Source: an uncultured Gemmatimonadaceae bacterium
GTDB lineage: Bacteria > Gemmatimonadota > Gemmatimonadetes > Gemmatimonadales > Gemmatimonadaceae
NCBI GenBank assembly: GCA_963822945.1
Contig: CAWGJO010000021.1
Coordinates: 64,001-128,000 of the forward strand
DNA length: 64,000 bases
Direction: 5' to 3'
Below the pieces are notes generated by a model. The model did not search any database, was not told the origin of the DNA, and worked only from the letters and a program-made list of their open reading frames with translations. Positions 52,833-62,386 of the stretch are shown in pieces. Both the position numbers and the translations under genes were made by a program. Each line of letters opens with the position of its first letter. The stretch's first letter is position 1.

Positions 52833-54106
52833 CCGACCCGCGCACGACTCCACCGGGCGATTCGGTGGAGCCGGGGTCTGCGGCTCCCCGGCGGCGTTCC
52901 GGACGTGCATGGCGAAGGCTGCCGCCGGCATACTCGCCCCTGCCGGCACGTGCAATTGCCGGAGCCACTGGCAATCTGATCCGCCGCCACGATTCGCGTC
53001 CGGCGCTGCGTGAGTATCTGAAGAGCGCGTACGAGGCGGAGAGCGTCGCGCTGCTGGACAGTGGAACGCACGCGTTGGAACTCGCCCTCCGCGTCGCCTC
53101 GCAGCTGACGGCAAACGGCACGGGAATCGCGCTGCCCGCGTATGCGTGCTTCGACCTCGCCACGGCCGCCGTTGCCGCCGGAGGGCCTCTGACGCTCTAC
53201 GACGTGCTGCCGGAGACGCTGGCGCCGCAGTCCGAGTCATTCGCCGACGCCATGGCGGCCGGCGCCGGCATCGTCGTGATCGCGCCGCTCTACGGGATGG
53301 CCGTGCCGTGGGACGAACTGCATGCCGCGGCGGCGCACACAGGCGCCGTGCTCGTGGAAGATGCCGCGCAGGGTCACGGAAGCTCGTGGGGCGGCCAGAT
53401 GGCCGGGCGGCAGGCGGGATTGAGCGTGCTGAGCTTTGGGCGAGGCAAGGGCTGGACCGGGGGGAACGGTGGTGCGCTGCTGGCCCGCGGAAAGGCGGCC
53501 GCCCTCCTCGAGGAGATGATGGCCGCCGCCGGCATGCACGCGGAACCCTCGGTCTCGACACTGGGGCGCGCCACCGCGATGAGTGCCTTCGTGCATCCGT
53601 CCACATTTTCGCTCGCGGCGGCCCTGCCCTGGCTCCACCTGGGAGAGACGCGGTATCACACGCCTACCCCATCGCGCCAACTCTCGGCCGCCGCGGCGAG
53701 CCTGCTCATGGCCTCGGCCCCACGTGCTGCTCAGGAAGCCGAGCGCCGCCGGGAAACAGCCGCGTGGTATCTCGCCCAACTCAGTGATCTCCCGCTCGTA
53801 TCGCCGGTGCCACCCGTACCGGGAGCCGAGGGCGGGTACCTGCGGTTCCCCATCCGGGTGCCGCGCGGGTTGAGCGGTTTCGCCGATCCGGAGCGGGCGC
53901 GCGCGCTCGGCGTCGCGCCCGGCTATCCGATCCCCCTCGGGGAATTGCTGCCCGTGCGCGCGCGTCTGATGCCGGAGGCGCACACCCAGCGCTGGCCCGG
54001 AGCCGAGCAACTGTGCCGGGAGCTGGCCACGCTGCCGACCCATTCCATGGCCCGATTGAGTGAGCGTCGGAAGATCGTGAGCCTGCTAGAGAGCTACGCC
54101 GGCTGA
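52829..54106 (+). CDS. DegT/DnrJ/EryC1/StrS family aminotransferase-like protein
   Basis: GTGA overlap; SGTHALEL, PAYAC, VEDAAQG, LSFGRGK, TLPTH. Confidence 0.82.
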   Translation: MTDPRTTPPGDSVEPGSAAPRRRSGRAWRRLPPAYSPLPARAIAGATGNLIRRHDSRPALREYLKSAYEAESVALLDSGTHALELALRVASQLTANGTGIALPAYACFDLATAAVAAGGPLTLYDVLPETLAPQSESFADAMAAGAGIVVIAPLYGMAVPWDELHAAAAHTGAVLVEDAAQGHGSSWGGQMAGRQAGLSVLSFGRGKGWTGGNGGALLARGKAAALLEEMMAAAGMHAEPSVSTLGRATAMSAFVHPSTFSLAAALPWLHLGETRYHTPTPSRQLSAAAASLLMASAPRAAQEAERRRETAAWYLAQLSDLPLVSPVPPVPGAEGGYLRFPIRVPRGLSGFADPERARALGVAPGYPIPLGELLPVRARLMPEAHTQRWPGAEQLCRELATLPTHSMARLSERRKIVSLLESYAG

Positions 54107-55236
54107 TCCACGCCGAGCCGTCGGGCGAAGAGTGCTGCGTATCGTTCGACGGACTGTGAGAGATCGTATTCCGCGCCGGCGCGCCGGAGTGCGGCGGCAC
54201 CGAGGCGTTCCGCTACGGCCCGGTCTGAGAGCACGACCCGCAGCGCGCCCGCCAGGCTCGTGGCGTCTTCGGGCGGTACCACCAGGCCGGCGCCCTCGGC
54301 GAGCACGCTCGCGACATCGCCCACGTCGGTTGCGACGATCGGAAGGCCGGTGAACATCGCTTCGAGGACGGCGAGCGGCAGGCCCTCCGAGCGGGACGGG
54401 AGCGCAAACACATCGCCCGACACGAGGATGTTGGCGATGTCGGCGCGGTAGCCCAGCAGATGCAGGCTGGGTGCGACTCCGAGTTCCTCCGCCTGGCGCT
54501 GCAGCGGTTCGCGCATTTCTCCGCGGCCGGCAATCGCCACGTGGACACCCGGAATGGTCTTCGCGACCTGGGCGAGGGCGTTGACGAGCACATCGTGTCC
54601 CTTCACGGGATAGAGATTGCCCACCGCTACCACGAGGCGGTCGGTCGGCGCCAACCCCAATTCGGCGCGCAAGGTACCGCTCACCTTCGGTGGACGAGGC
54701 ACGCCATTGGGAATCACTGTGACGCGGCCCCCGCTGAGGTTGAGGTCTTGGCGAAGCTGCGCCGCCACGCTCTCGGAGACTCCGACCAGGCCGGCACTGA
54801 GCCCGATGCCGGCACGCATCGCGAGGCGCCGGTGCCACGCCGAAGCGTAATGCCGGCCCCCGTGCATCGTGATGAAGTGCGGGATGCCGGCAAGCCGGGC
54901 GGCGGCGCTACCGAAGACCCCCATGGTGAACTCGTGGCTGTGCACGACGTCGATCCGGTGACGGCGGAACAACCGGGCGAGGGCCAGGACCACACGTGGC
55001 GACGCCGGTCCACCGAGCGCAACGTGATCGATGACGACGTTCGTGCCCTCGAGTTGTTTCGCGAGCCAGCCCTCGCCCTGGACCGGGAGCACTGCAACGC
55101 TCGGGCAACCGGCGCGTTCGAATGCGCCGGCCAGCGCGGCCACCATGCGTTCGGCGCCGCCGGGGCCGTCCGATTCGATCATGTGGGCGATGCGCTTGCA
55201 GCGGATGCTGTCGAGAGCTGGCGTGTGTGTCTTCAT
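54094..55236 (-). CDS. Glycosyltransferase family 4 (GT-B)
   Basis: GGAER, HSH, IPNG, VGNL..VKG, PSRSEGLPLAVLEAM, ATDVG. Confidence 0.92.
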   Translation of the reverse strand: MKTHTPALDSIRCKRIAHMIESDGPGGAERMVAALAGAFERAGCPSVAVLPVQGEGWLAKQLEGTNVVIDHVALGGPASPRVVLALARLFRRHRIDVVHSHEFTMGVFGSAAARLAGIPHFITMHGGRHYASAWHRRLAMRAGIGLSAGLVGVSESVAAQLRQDLNLSGGRVTVIPNGVPRPPKVSGTLRAELGLAPTDRLVVAVGNLYPVKGHDVLVNALAQVAKTIPGVHVAIAGRGEMREPLQRQAEELGVAPSLHLLGYRADIANILVSGDVFALPSRSEGLPLAVLEAMFTGLPIVATDVGDVASVLAEGAGLVVPPEDATSLAGALRVVLSDRAVAERLGAAALRRAGAEYDLSQSVERYAALFARRLGVDQPA

Positions 55237-55401
55237 CACGCATGCGGGGGCGAGCAATGTTCGTACCGCGCTGGCGATTGGTCGACGGGAATGAGTCCTG
55301 GCGAAACCGAGGAACAGATCAGTTTATGCACAGCTCGCATCATATGTTTAGTATTGGAGCCAATTAATCCACGCAGCGGAGAGTTAACGTCAAATTCTGG
55401 C

Positions 55402-55423
55402 TGTTACCTCGATGTTACCCCGA
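55402..55423. promoter_or_regulatory. 11-bp tandem direct repeat TGTTACCYCGA, candidate winged-helix regulator site
   Basis: TGTTACCTCGA TGTTACCCCGA in an AT-richer divergent intergenic region. Confidence 0.4.
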
Positions 55424-55534
55424 GGCAATGTCGGTCGTTAGTACTGCGAGGTCACTCACGAGTAACGCGGGTGACTCGTTGGAACACACCGGTAGCCCCG
55501 GAGTAACAGGGGGCACCGATGAAGCGGTAGGATA

Positions 55535-55626
55535 CGCTGCTCAGAGCAAAGCCATCGAAAGGTGGTGACGCAGAGTTCCGGGGCTGTAGCGAGTGAAGAC
55601 TCGCGATGCCGGCCGAGCCGCCAGCG
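55535..55626 (+). ncRNA. GEMM-I (c-di-GMP-I class) riboswitch, A20 variant
   Basis: P1 CGCTG/CAGCG; CTCAGAGCAAA; P2 GCCATC-GAAA-GGTGGT; GACGCAGAG; P3 with GCGAGT-GAAG-ACTCGC; 3' GAGCCGCC; lies 5' of the Ig lipoprotein gene. Confidence 0.88.
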
Positions 55627-55678
55627 ATTCCGACGAGAGCCCGTCGGCGCTGGCGGCTCATTCTACACCCTACAAGGT

Positions 55679-58108
55679 GTGGAACAGAATTACGGCAGTC
55701 GCTTTAGTACGCCCCCGGCCCCCGGGGGGAACTCCACTCAATGCGCTCCCCGTCTCGTTCGCGCCCTCGCGCGCGTTCGACAGTATCCCGCAGTCCTGCT
55801 CGCCCTCGCCATCGCCGCCTGCTCCTCCGACAACAGTACGCAACCCAGCCTGGTCTCGGGTACGAATAGTGCAGCGGGCGCGCCTGCCTCCCTTTCCATC
55901 TCGCCGAGTTCAGCCACCGACAGTATCGGGCACTCGACCCAATTCACGGCCACCGTCTACGATCGTCGAGGGATCGCACTCTCCGGGCGAAAGATTCGTT
56001 GGCATTCCAGCGACTCCACCATCGTCAAGATCGACAGCACCGGCAGGGCGCGACGTTGGGGAGTAGGCAGGACGACGATCACCGCGACCACCGACAGCGT
56101 GAGCGCCACCGCCCAGACGACCTCAACGGGCGTCCCGATCGCGTCGATCACGGTATCGCCGAACCCGTCGACCGAGACCGTCGGCCAGACCACGCAATTC
56201 ACGGCCACGCTGCTGGATTCCAGTGGGAATACGCTGACCAATCGACCCGTAGTGTGGCTCAGTACCGCGCCGAGCGTGGAGTCCATCGACAGCGCGGGGA
56301 TGGCCACGGCACGCAGCACCGGCACCGCGACGGTCTCGGCGACCAGCGCCGGTGTCCTGGGCGTGGCCTCCGTGAACGTTTCCGGCACGACGACCAATGC
56401 GCCGGGTGCGGTGGTGGACTTGGCCGCAGTAGCCTCGAGCGCGACTTCCGCCACGCTGTCGTTCACCGCGGTTGGTGATGGCACCGGCGGGAACGCGACC
56501 TACGACGTCCGGTATGCCGTACATCCCATCAGTTGGGGGAGCGCGACCCAGGTGGCTTCGGGTACGTGCAGCACGCCGGTGACCGGATACACGGCCGGCA
56601 GTGCGGTCAACTGCACCGTGACGGGGCTGACCGCGGCCACGAACTACGATTTCCAGCTCGTGGCGTACCGCGGCACGCTCAGCAACAATGCCGTCTTCGG
56701 ACCGCTCTCCAATGTGGCGACCGCCACGACCCCGAGCGCGCCGGCGGCCAGCGTGGCGAAAGTTGTCGTTTCGCCGAGCACCGCGAGCGACACGGTTGGC
56801 CAGCACTATCAGTTCACGGCCACCGTGCAGGACTCTGCCGGCAACGTGCTGACGGGGCGGACGATCACGTGGGCAAGTTCCGCCACGGGCGTGGCCACCG
56901 TCAACAGTTCGGGCTACACCACCAGCGTTGGCGCCGGGTCGGCGTCAATTCGAGCGACGACTGGCGGCGTCACGGGCAGCGCAAAGCTGTCGGTGGTCGC
57001 GGCGCCGGTCCAGCAGACCGTCTCCTCGGTCAGCGTCGCGCCGACCCCGGACACGTTGGCGCCCGCAGCCACCAAGCAGTTGGCGGCAACGGTCAGGGAT
57101 CAGAACGGCGTCGTCATGACCGGCCAGTCCGTGAGTTGGTCGTCCAATGCGACGGGCGTGGCGACGGTCAACGCCTCCGGGTTGGTGACCGCGGTCGCCA
57201 CCGGCACGGCCACGATCAGGGCCACGAGCAGCGGAAAGAGCGGCACGGCGACGGTTGTCGTCACAAGCGGAACGTCCAACAATCCTCCGCCGCCGCCGCC
57301 GACGGGGACGAGTGAACCGTCCTACAACTCGACAACGGGAACATTGGTGTTCTCCGACAACATGGAGGAGTACACCAGCGTCTCCGCCATGCAGTCCTAT
57401 ACCGGCTCCGCAATGAGCTGGAAGAATGAGTTCGTCGCCTCGGATCGCAACAACCAGATCGTGTCCCCGGGCTACGGCGGGACCGGACAGGCGCTGCGCC
57501 AGGTTTACGCCGGCGCCAACCAAGAAAGTCATACATGGGACCTGATCAACGCCCCGACGCTGCCGGATACCGCGACCGAATTCTTCCAGTACGAAGGGCG
57601 GGTCACGTTGGCCGCGCCGATCACGAACACCGTGCTCGCGTTCAAGTGGTTCATGGGTTTTCACCGCAACGGCAACCGCGTCCAGTGGAATACGCATGAC
57701 CACCTCCCCTGCGGCGTCGACAGCCCGAAGGGCTATTCCCTGTGGCAGGTGTACGACGACGGCGGAGAGACGACGTGCCAGGCCAATCAGCCCGTCGGAC
57801 CCTACCCTGTCGACGTGTTCGACGGGCGATGGCACCGATTCACCTACGAGTATCGTCCGAACACGTCGCCTGGATCGCGCGATGGCATCGCCCGCATGTG
57901 GATTGACGGCACGAAAGTCATCGACGTCTCGGCCTCGGCCGTTGGCGTGACACCAGCAGGCGGCTACAAACCCTGGTGCCAGTGGGACGACGTGGATGGG
58001 CTCTCCACTCAGGCGATTGACCTCATTCGCTGGGCCGGGAATTTGACCACCACCACACCAGGCTTCACGGTGGATATGGACGATTTCATGTGGTGGCGGG
58101 CGAAGTAG
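55679..58108 (+). CDS. Surface lipoprotein: Big_2 x2, FN3-like, Big_2 x2, C-terminal ConA/LamG-like jelly-roll domain
   Basis: Lipobox IAA-C; four WxSS..VATV..G Big_2-type repeats; VTGLTAATNYDFQLVAY (FN3); WHRFTYEY..NT..DGIARMWIDG. Start uncertain; GTG 55679 chosen because it lies downstream of the riboswitch. Confidence 0.85.
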   Translation: MEQNYGSRFSTPPAPGGNSTQCAPRLVRALARVRQYPAVLLALAIAACSSDNSTQPSLVSGTNSAAGAPASLSISPSSATDSIGHSTQFTATVYDRRGIALSGRKIRWHSSDSTIVKIDSTGRARRWGVGRTTITATTDSVSATAQTTSTGVPIASITVSPNPSTETVGQTTQFTATLLDSSGNTLTNRPVVWLSTAPSVESIDSAGMATARSTGTATVSATSAGVLGVASVNVSGTTTNAPGAVVDLAAVASSATSATLSFTAVGDGTGGNATYDVRYAVHPISWGSATQVASGTCSTPVTGYTAGSAVNCTVTGLTAATNYDFQLVAYRGTLSNNAVFGPLSNVATATTPSAPAASVAKVVVSPSTASDTVGQHYQFTATVQDSAGNVLTGRTITWASSATGVATVNSSGYTTSVGAGSASIRATTGGVTGSAKLSVVAAPVQQTVSSVSVAPTPDTLAPAATKQLAATVRDQNGVVMTGQSVSWSSNATGVATVNASGLVTAVATGTATIRATSSGKSGTATVVVTSGTSNNPPPPPPTGTSEPSYNSTTGTLVFSDNMEEYTSVSAMQSYTGSAMSWKNEFVASDRNNQIVSPGYGGTGQALRQVYAGANQESHTWDLINAPTLPDTATEFFQYEGRVTLAAPITNTVLAFKWFMGFHRNGNRVQWNTHDHLPCGVDSPKGYSLWQVYDDGGETTCQANQPVGPYPVDVFDGRWHRFTYEYRPNTSPGSRDGIARMWIDGTKVIDVSASAVGVTPAGGYKPWCQWDDVDGLSTQAIDLIRWAGNLTTTTPGFTVDMDDFMWWRAK

Positions 58109-58120
58109 GCCACCGCTCAC

Positions 58121-58169
58121 GCAGCGGCGCCGGAGGATCCTTCGGGGTCCCCCGGCGCCGTTGCTTTCT
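58121..58169 (+). terminator. Intrinsic terminator with cUUCGg loop
   Basis: GCAGCGGCGCCGGAGGATCC-TTCG-GGGTCCCCCGGCGCCGTTGC followed by TTTCT. Confidence 0.8.
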
Positions 58170-58182
58170 GGCCCTGTGCCCG

Positions 58183-58243
58183 GTGCGCCTCGTGCGCCTC
58201 GTGCGCCTCGTGCGCCTCGTGCGCCTCGTGCGCCTCGTGCGCC
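58183..58243 (+). repeat. 9-bp tandem repeat (GTGCGCCTC)x6 plus partial copy
   Basis: Perfect copies at 58183-58236, between the terminator and the next gene. Confidence 0.95.
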
Positions 58244-58309
58244 CGAGAACCACGGTCGCTATTCCGTTTCCCGCAATGGCATACCAAGTTGGTCAGAATG
58301 AGGGCCGGA

Positions 58310-59233
58310 ATGGACCATATGGGGAATATTCGGCGCTGGCGATTGCTCCGAGGATTGGCGCTCGTTGGCATCATGGCTTGCGGCAGCAGCATGACGCCCG
58401 GGGGCACGCCCCGAAAGCTGGGGCCTCCCCCAAGTTCGGAGCCGACGTTCGATGCCACCAAGGATACGATGGTGTTCTCCGACGACATGGACGAGTACAC
58501 CAGCGTCGCGAACATGCAGGCTTACACCGGTCCCGCGATGAGTTGGAAGAACATCTTCGTGGCCACTTTGAACAACACACAACGGCTCATCAAACCAGGT
58601 CACGGAGGCACCGGGCAGGCCCTCCGGGAGGTATACTCGGGCGCCGATCAGGAGACGCATACGTGGGATCTCATCAACATGCCCACGCTCCCCGATACGA
58701 CGACCCACTTCTTCCAGTATTGGGCGCGCGTCACCGTGGCGTCGCCCTTGGGAAGAACCGTCCTGGCCTTCAAGTGGTTCATGGCGTTTCACCGCGACGG
58801 AAACCGCGTCCAGTGGAACACCCACGATCACTTACCGTGCGCCGCGATCGCGCCGTCTTCTTTCGTCTGGCAGGTCTACGACGCAGGCGGTGGCACCACA
58901 TGCCAGGCCAACCAGCCGGTCGGGCCCTATCCGGCGGCGGTGTTCGACGGCCAGTGGCACCGCTTCACATACGAGTACAGGCCGAACACAGCCCCGGGCT
59001 CGCGGGACGGCATCGCCCGCATGTGGGTGGACGGCACGAAGCTTATCGATGTATCGGCTGCCGCCGTCGGCATCACGCCGGCGGGGGGTTACAAGTCGTG
59101 GTGCCAGTGGGACGATGTCGATGGGCTCTCGACCGAGGGGATCGATCTCATCCGTTGGGCGGGGAACCTGACAACCGTTACCCCGCCCTTCACAGTCGAC
59201 ATGGATGACTTCCGCTGGTGGCGGGCGAAGTAG
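58310..59233 (+). CDS. Lipoprotein consisting only of the jelly-roll domain, paralogous to the upstream gene's C-terminus
   Basis: Lipobox IMA-C; shares VLAFKWFM, GNRVQWNTHDHLPC, TTCQANQPVGPYP, WCQWDDVDGLST and WWRAK with 55679..58108. Confidence 0.87.
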   Translation: MDHMGNIRRWRLLRGLALVGIMACGSSMTPGGTPRKLGPPPSSEPTFDATKDTMVFSDDMDEYTSVANMQAYTGPAMSWKNIFVATLNNTQRLIKPGHGGTGQALREVYSGADQETHTWDLINMPTLPDTTTHFFQYWARVTVASPLGRTVLAFKWFMAFHRDGNRVQWNTHDHLPCAAIAPSSFVWQVYDAGGGTTCQANQPVGPYPAAVFDGQWHRFTYEYRPNTAPGSRDGIARMWVDGTKLIDVSAAAVGITPAGGYKSWCQWDDVDGLSTEGIDLIRWAGNLTTVTPPFTVDMDDFRWWRAK

Positions 59234-59261
59234 CGGTCACACGGTCTCCGGCCGCGCGAGG

Positions 59262-61178
59262 CTAGCAACTCGCGCCCCAGCGTCGGCGCCACGCTTCGAA
59301 CATCAGCACGCTCCACAAGAGGTGCCCGCCGTTCGTCCGCCCCTTGGAATGCTCGCTCCAAGTTCGCCGCACGGCGGCTGCGTCGAAGAACCCAGCGCCT
59401 CGAAGCGGCCCCTCGGCAAGCAGGTCGTTGGCCCAATCCCGAAGCGCTCCCCGCAGCCACACTCCAATCGGCACTTCGAACCCCATCTTCGGCCGTTCGA
59501 AAAGTGACACGGGCAGATAGCGGGAGAGGACGCGTCGAAGCAGGATCTTGCCCTCGCGAGGTCCGGTCCGCCAAGCGAGCGGCAGCGTCCACGCAAACTC
59601 CGCGACGCGGTGATCGAGCAGCGGAACGCGCCCCTCGAGTCCCACTGCCATCGATGCCCGATCGAACTTGGTGAGGAGGTCGTCCGGCAGGTAGACGGCG
59701 GCGTCCGCAATCATCATACGCTCCATCGGAGCCGACCGGCATGCGTTGCCCAGAAGCCGGAACAGCCGACCGTCACTCTCCGCGCGAAAGCGTTCGTCGA
59801 CGAGCACGTCGGCGTTGCTCGCCGTCGACACCAACCCGCGGTAGAGCGCCTCCAGGCTCGGCGCGCTCAGCAAGTCCGCCGCCTTTGAAAGCTGCCCCGC
59901 TCGTGTCCCCGACACCTGGGCAGCCACTCGGGCCACATGCCGAAGCATGGTCCCACCACCTCGCCGTAGCGGGACCGGGATCGGCTGCAACCTTCGCCAG
60001 GCCCGCCCGCTGAACCGGTACCGGTCGTACCCGCCGAACAACTCGTCGCCACCGTCGCCGGAAAGCGCGACCGTCACGTGCTTGCGCGCCAACGCGGCGA
60101 CGATGTGGGTCGGAATCTGCGACACGTCAGCCAGCGGCTCATCATACATCTCAGGCAGTGCCGGAATGAGCGCCTGTGCCTCGCCTGCCGTCACCATCAT
60201 CTCGGTGTGCGCCGTCCCCAGAAATTCCGCGATGGCCCGCGCGTACCGACTCTCGTCGTACCGCTGCTCGGCGAAGCCGATGGTGAACGTCTTCACCGGA
60301 CGGTCGGCTTCGGCCTGCATCAGAGCCACCACCAGAGAGGAATCGATCCCGCCCGACAGGAATCCCCCGAGCGGTACATCGGCAATCATCCGGAGGCGCA
60401 CGGCGTCACGGAGCAGGCCATCCAGCGCTTCCTCCGCCTCTGGCTGACTCCCGCCGAACGGGCGTTCAGCGCCGGCGCCGGCGATAGCCTCGACTGTCCA
60501 GTAGGGCTCGGGCGCCCAGGACGCGTCGGCGGCTTCAAGCCTCAGCAGGTGCCCCGGCGCGAGTTTCATCGCATCGGCGAAGATGCAGGCCGGAGACGGC
60601 ACGTACGTGTAGCGCAAATAGTCGCCGAATGCGGCCGGCGCCACCCGACGACTGAATCGCGGATGTGCCATCAGCGCCTTGAGCTCCGACCCGAACAGCA
60701 GATCGCCGTCCGCGGTGCGCCCAACATACAGCGGTTTGATGCCCACACGATCACGTGCAAGGTACAGGGCCCGCTCCTGCGTGTCCCAGAGTGCAAACGC
60801 GAACATGCCGATGAAACGTTGGACGGCTCCTCGAACACCCCACTGCATGAACGCGGCCAGCATCACCTCGGTGTCCGACCCCCCTCGAAATGTGTGGCCG
60901 TGCTCCCGCAGTTCTTCCCGCAACGCGATGAAGTTGTAAACCTCCCCATTGTAACAGATCACGAATCGTCCATCCGGACTCGTCATCGGCTGATGCCCGA
61001 GCGCACTGAGATCGACGATGGACAGGCGGCGATGTCCGAACGCTACCGGCCCGTCGACCCAACTACCGGCGTCGTCGGGGCCACGGTGCGCGATCGCGTC
61101 GCGCATGGTCGTCACGACGCGCTGCATCTCATCGGCACCCGCAGGCTGCCGCGCCCAGATTCCGGCAATGCCACACAC
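59262..61178 (-). CDS. asnB: Asparagine synthase (glutamine-hydrolysing) family amidotransferase, EPS-associated
   Basis: GTG-CGIAG N-terminal Cys, HRGPD, HRRLSIVD, NGEVYN, RDRVGIKP, LSGGIDSS, SGDGGDELFGGY, RPKMGF. Confidence 0.92.
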   Translation of the reverse strand: MCGIAGIWARQPAGADEMQRVVTTMRDAIAHRGPDDAGSWVDGPVAFGHRRLSIVDLSALGHQPMTSPDGRFVICYNGEVYNFIALREELREHGHTFRGGSDTEVMLAAFMQWGVRGAVQRFIGMFAFALWDTQERALYLARDRVGIKPLYVGRTADGDLLFGSELKALMAHPRFSRRVAPAAFGDYLRYTYVPSPACIFADAMKLAPGHLLRLEAADASWAPEPYWTVEAIAGAGAERPFGGSQPEAEEALDGLLRDAVRLRMIADVPLGGFLSGGIDSSLVVALMQAEADRPVKTFTIGFAEQRYDESRYARAIAEFLGTAHTEMMVTAGEAQALIPALPEMYDEPLADVSQIPTHIVAALARKHVTVALSGDGGDELFGGYDRYRFSGRAWRRLQPIPVPLRRGGGTMLRHVARVAAQVSGTRAGQLSKAADLLSAPSLEALYRGLVSTASNADVLVDERFRAESDGRLFRLLGNACRSAPMERMMIADAAVYLPDDLLTKFDRASMAVGLEGRVPLLDHRVAEFAWTLPLAWRTGPREGKILLRRVLSRYLPVSLFERPKMGFEVPIGVWLRGALRDWANDLLAEGPLRGAGFFDAAAVRRTWSEHSKGRTNGGHLLWSVLMFEAWRRRWGASC

Positions 61179-61180
61179 GG

Positions 61181-62386
61181 CTAGCGGCCCCGCCCGGCGC
61201 GCAGCACCGCCGACAGCAGACGGCCACGATCCTGCGTCCACGAATACTGCTGTTCGACGGCAGATCGTCCCCGGGCCCCGAGTTGACCGCGCCTAACTGG
61301 ATCGTCCACCAAGTCGGCCAGCGCTCCGGCCAACGCTGCCGCGTCGCCCGGGGGGACGAGTACGCCCGCACCGGTTTCCGTGACCACGCGTCGCATCGGA
61401 CGCACGTCCGAAGCCACGATCGGAAGAGCCGCACCCATATAGTCGAAAAGCTTGTTGGCGAGCGTGATGTTGATGTGCTCGGTGTCGAGGAACGGCAGGA
61501 TTCCAATCGACGCATGTCGATAATACGGCGCATGGTCCCGATAGCCTTTCCACCCGAGCAGCCGGATGAAATCGTCCGCATCGAGGGCTGCGATCCGCTC
61601 GGCAATCCGTGGAGACTCTGGACCGTCGCCGATGATCGCAAGGGCGATCGTAGGCACCTTCTGACGCGCGCGAGCAACGGCCTCAACGGCCTCCAGCAGG
61701 CCGCGATCTCCGAGAAGATTTCCCAGGAACAGAACGATCGATCTCCCTTCCCAGCCTGCAAGGTCATCCGGAAATGGATACTCCGTGTTCAGATCCGGGA
61801 GTTCGGCGGGCGTATTGCCGACCACCACAGCCGCCTCGGGCGCCGCCCCAAGCGACAGACAGCGATCACGCGATTCGGCCGACACCGCGAACACCGATGC
61901 CGCCCGCCTGATCACGAGTCCATCCAGCCACTCCGCCAGGGCAGCGTTGCGCGCCATCCGCGAGATGAGGCCGGGATGCTCGGCACGGTTGGCCCGGAGC
62001 GCGATTGGATAGACATCCGCCATCTCGTAGTGCACCGGCAGCCCGAGCAGAGCCCCGACCGCGAGCACGGCAGGGGCGAGCGGAAGATCGCGGACGATCA
62101 GGCAGTCGGCCCGGAACCGACGTGTCGCACGCCAGATTCGCCACACCCAGAGGGGATTGGCAAAGACCGGAAAGTTGACATACCGATTGATGGCGCGCGG
62201 TCCGAGCATGGGGACGCGTTCGACGTCCATCCAATCGACGGATTCGCGAAGGGCCTTGCCGTTCGGATTCCCGGCCAGTAAGCGCACCGTGTGCCCGGCC
62301 TCGGCAAGCGCCTGCGTCTGCTTTCTGACGCGCGTCGCGTTTCGCGGCCAGTCTCCCTGGTAGACGTACAGCACACGAAGGCTCAC
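61181..62386 (-). CDS. Glycosyltransferase family 4 (GT-B)
   Basis: IIGDGPE, NKLFDYMGAALPIVASD, YSW; GTG 62386 overlaps the upstream stop. Confidence 0.88.
   Translation of the reverse strand: MSLRVLYVYQGDWPRNATRVRKQTQALAEAGHTVRLLAGNPNGKALRESVDWMDVERVPMLGPRAINRYVNFPVFANPLWVWRIWRATRRFRADCLIVRDLPLAPAVLAVGALLGLPVHYEMADVYPIALRANRAEHPGLISRMARNAALAEWLDGLVIRRAASVFAVSAESRDRCLSLGAAPEAAVVVGNTPAELPDLNTEYPFPDDLAGWEGRSIVLFLGNLLGDRGLLEAVEAVARARQKVPTIALAIIGDGPESPRIAERIAALDADDFIRLLGWKGYRDHAPYYRHASIGILPFLDTEHINITLANKLFDYMGAALPIVASDVRPMRRVVTETGAGVLVPPGDAAALAGALADLVDDPVRRGQLGARGRSAVEQQYSWTQDRGRLLSAVLRAGRGR

Noticed and set aside
41766..58243. Tandem repeats as CRISPR arrays
   Set aside because: Units are 8-9 bp (or only two 28-bp copies 1 nt apart), with no unique spacers and no cas genes
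58117..58515. Minus-strand ORF with (AHE)n repeats
   Set aside because: Translation of the 9-bp VNTR, antisense to a real gene and across a terminator
59262..61178. AsnB as a lasso-peptide cyclase
   Set aside because: Intact glutaminase domain with N-terminal Cys, glycosyltransferase context, and no B protein or precursor peptide seen
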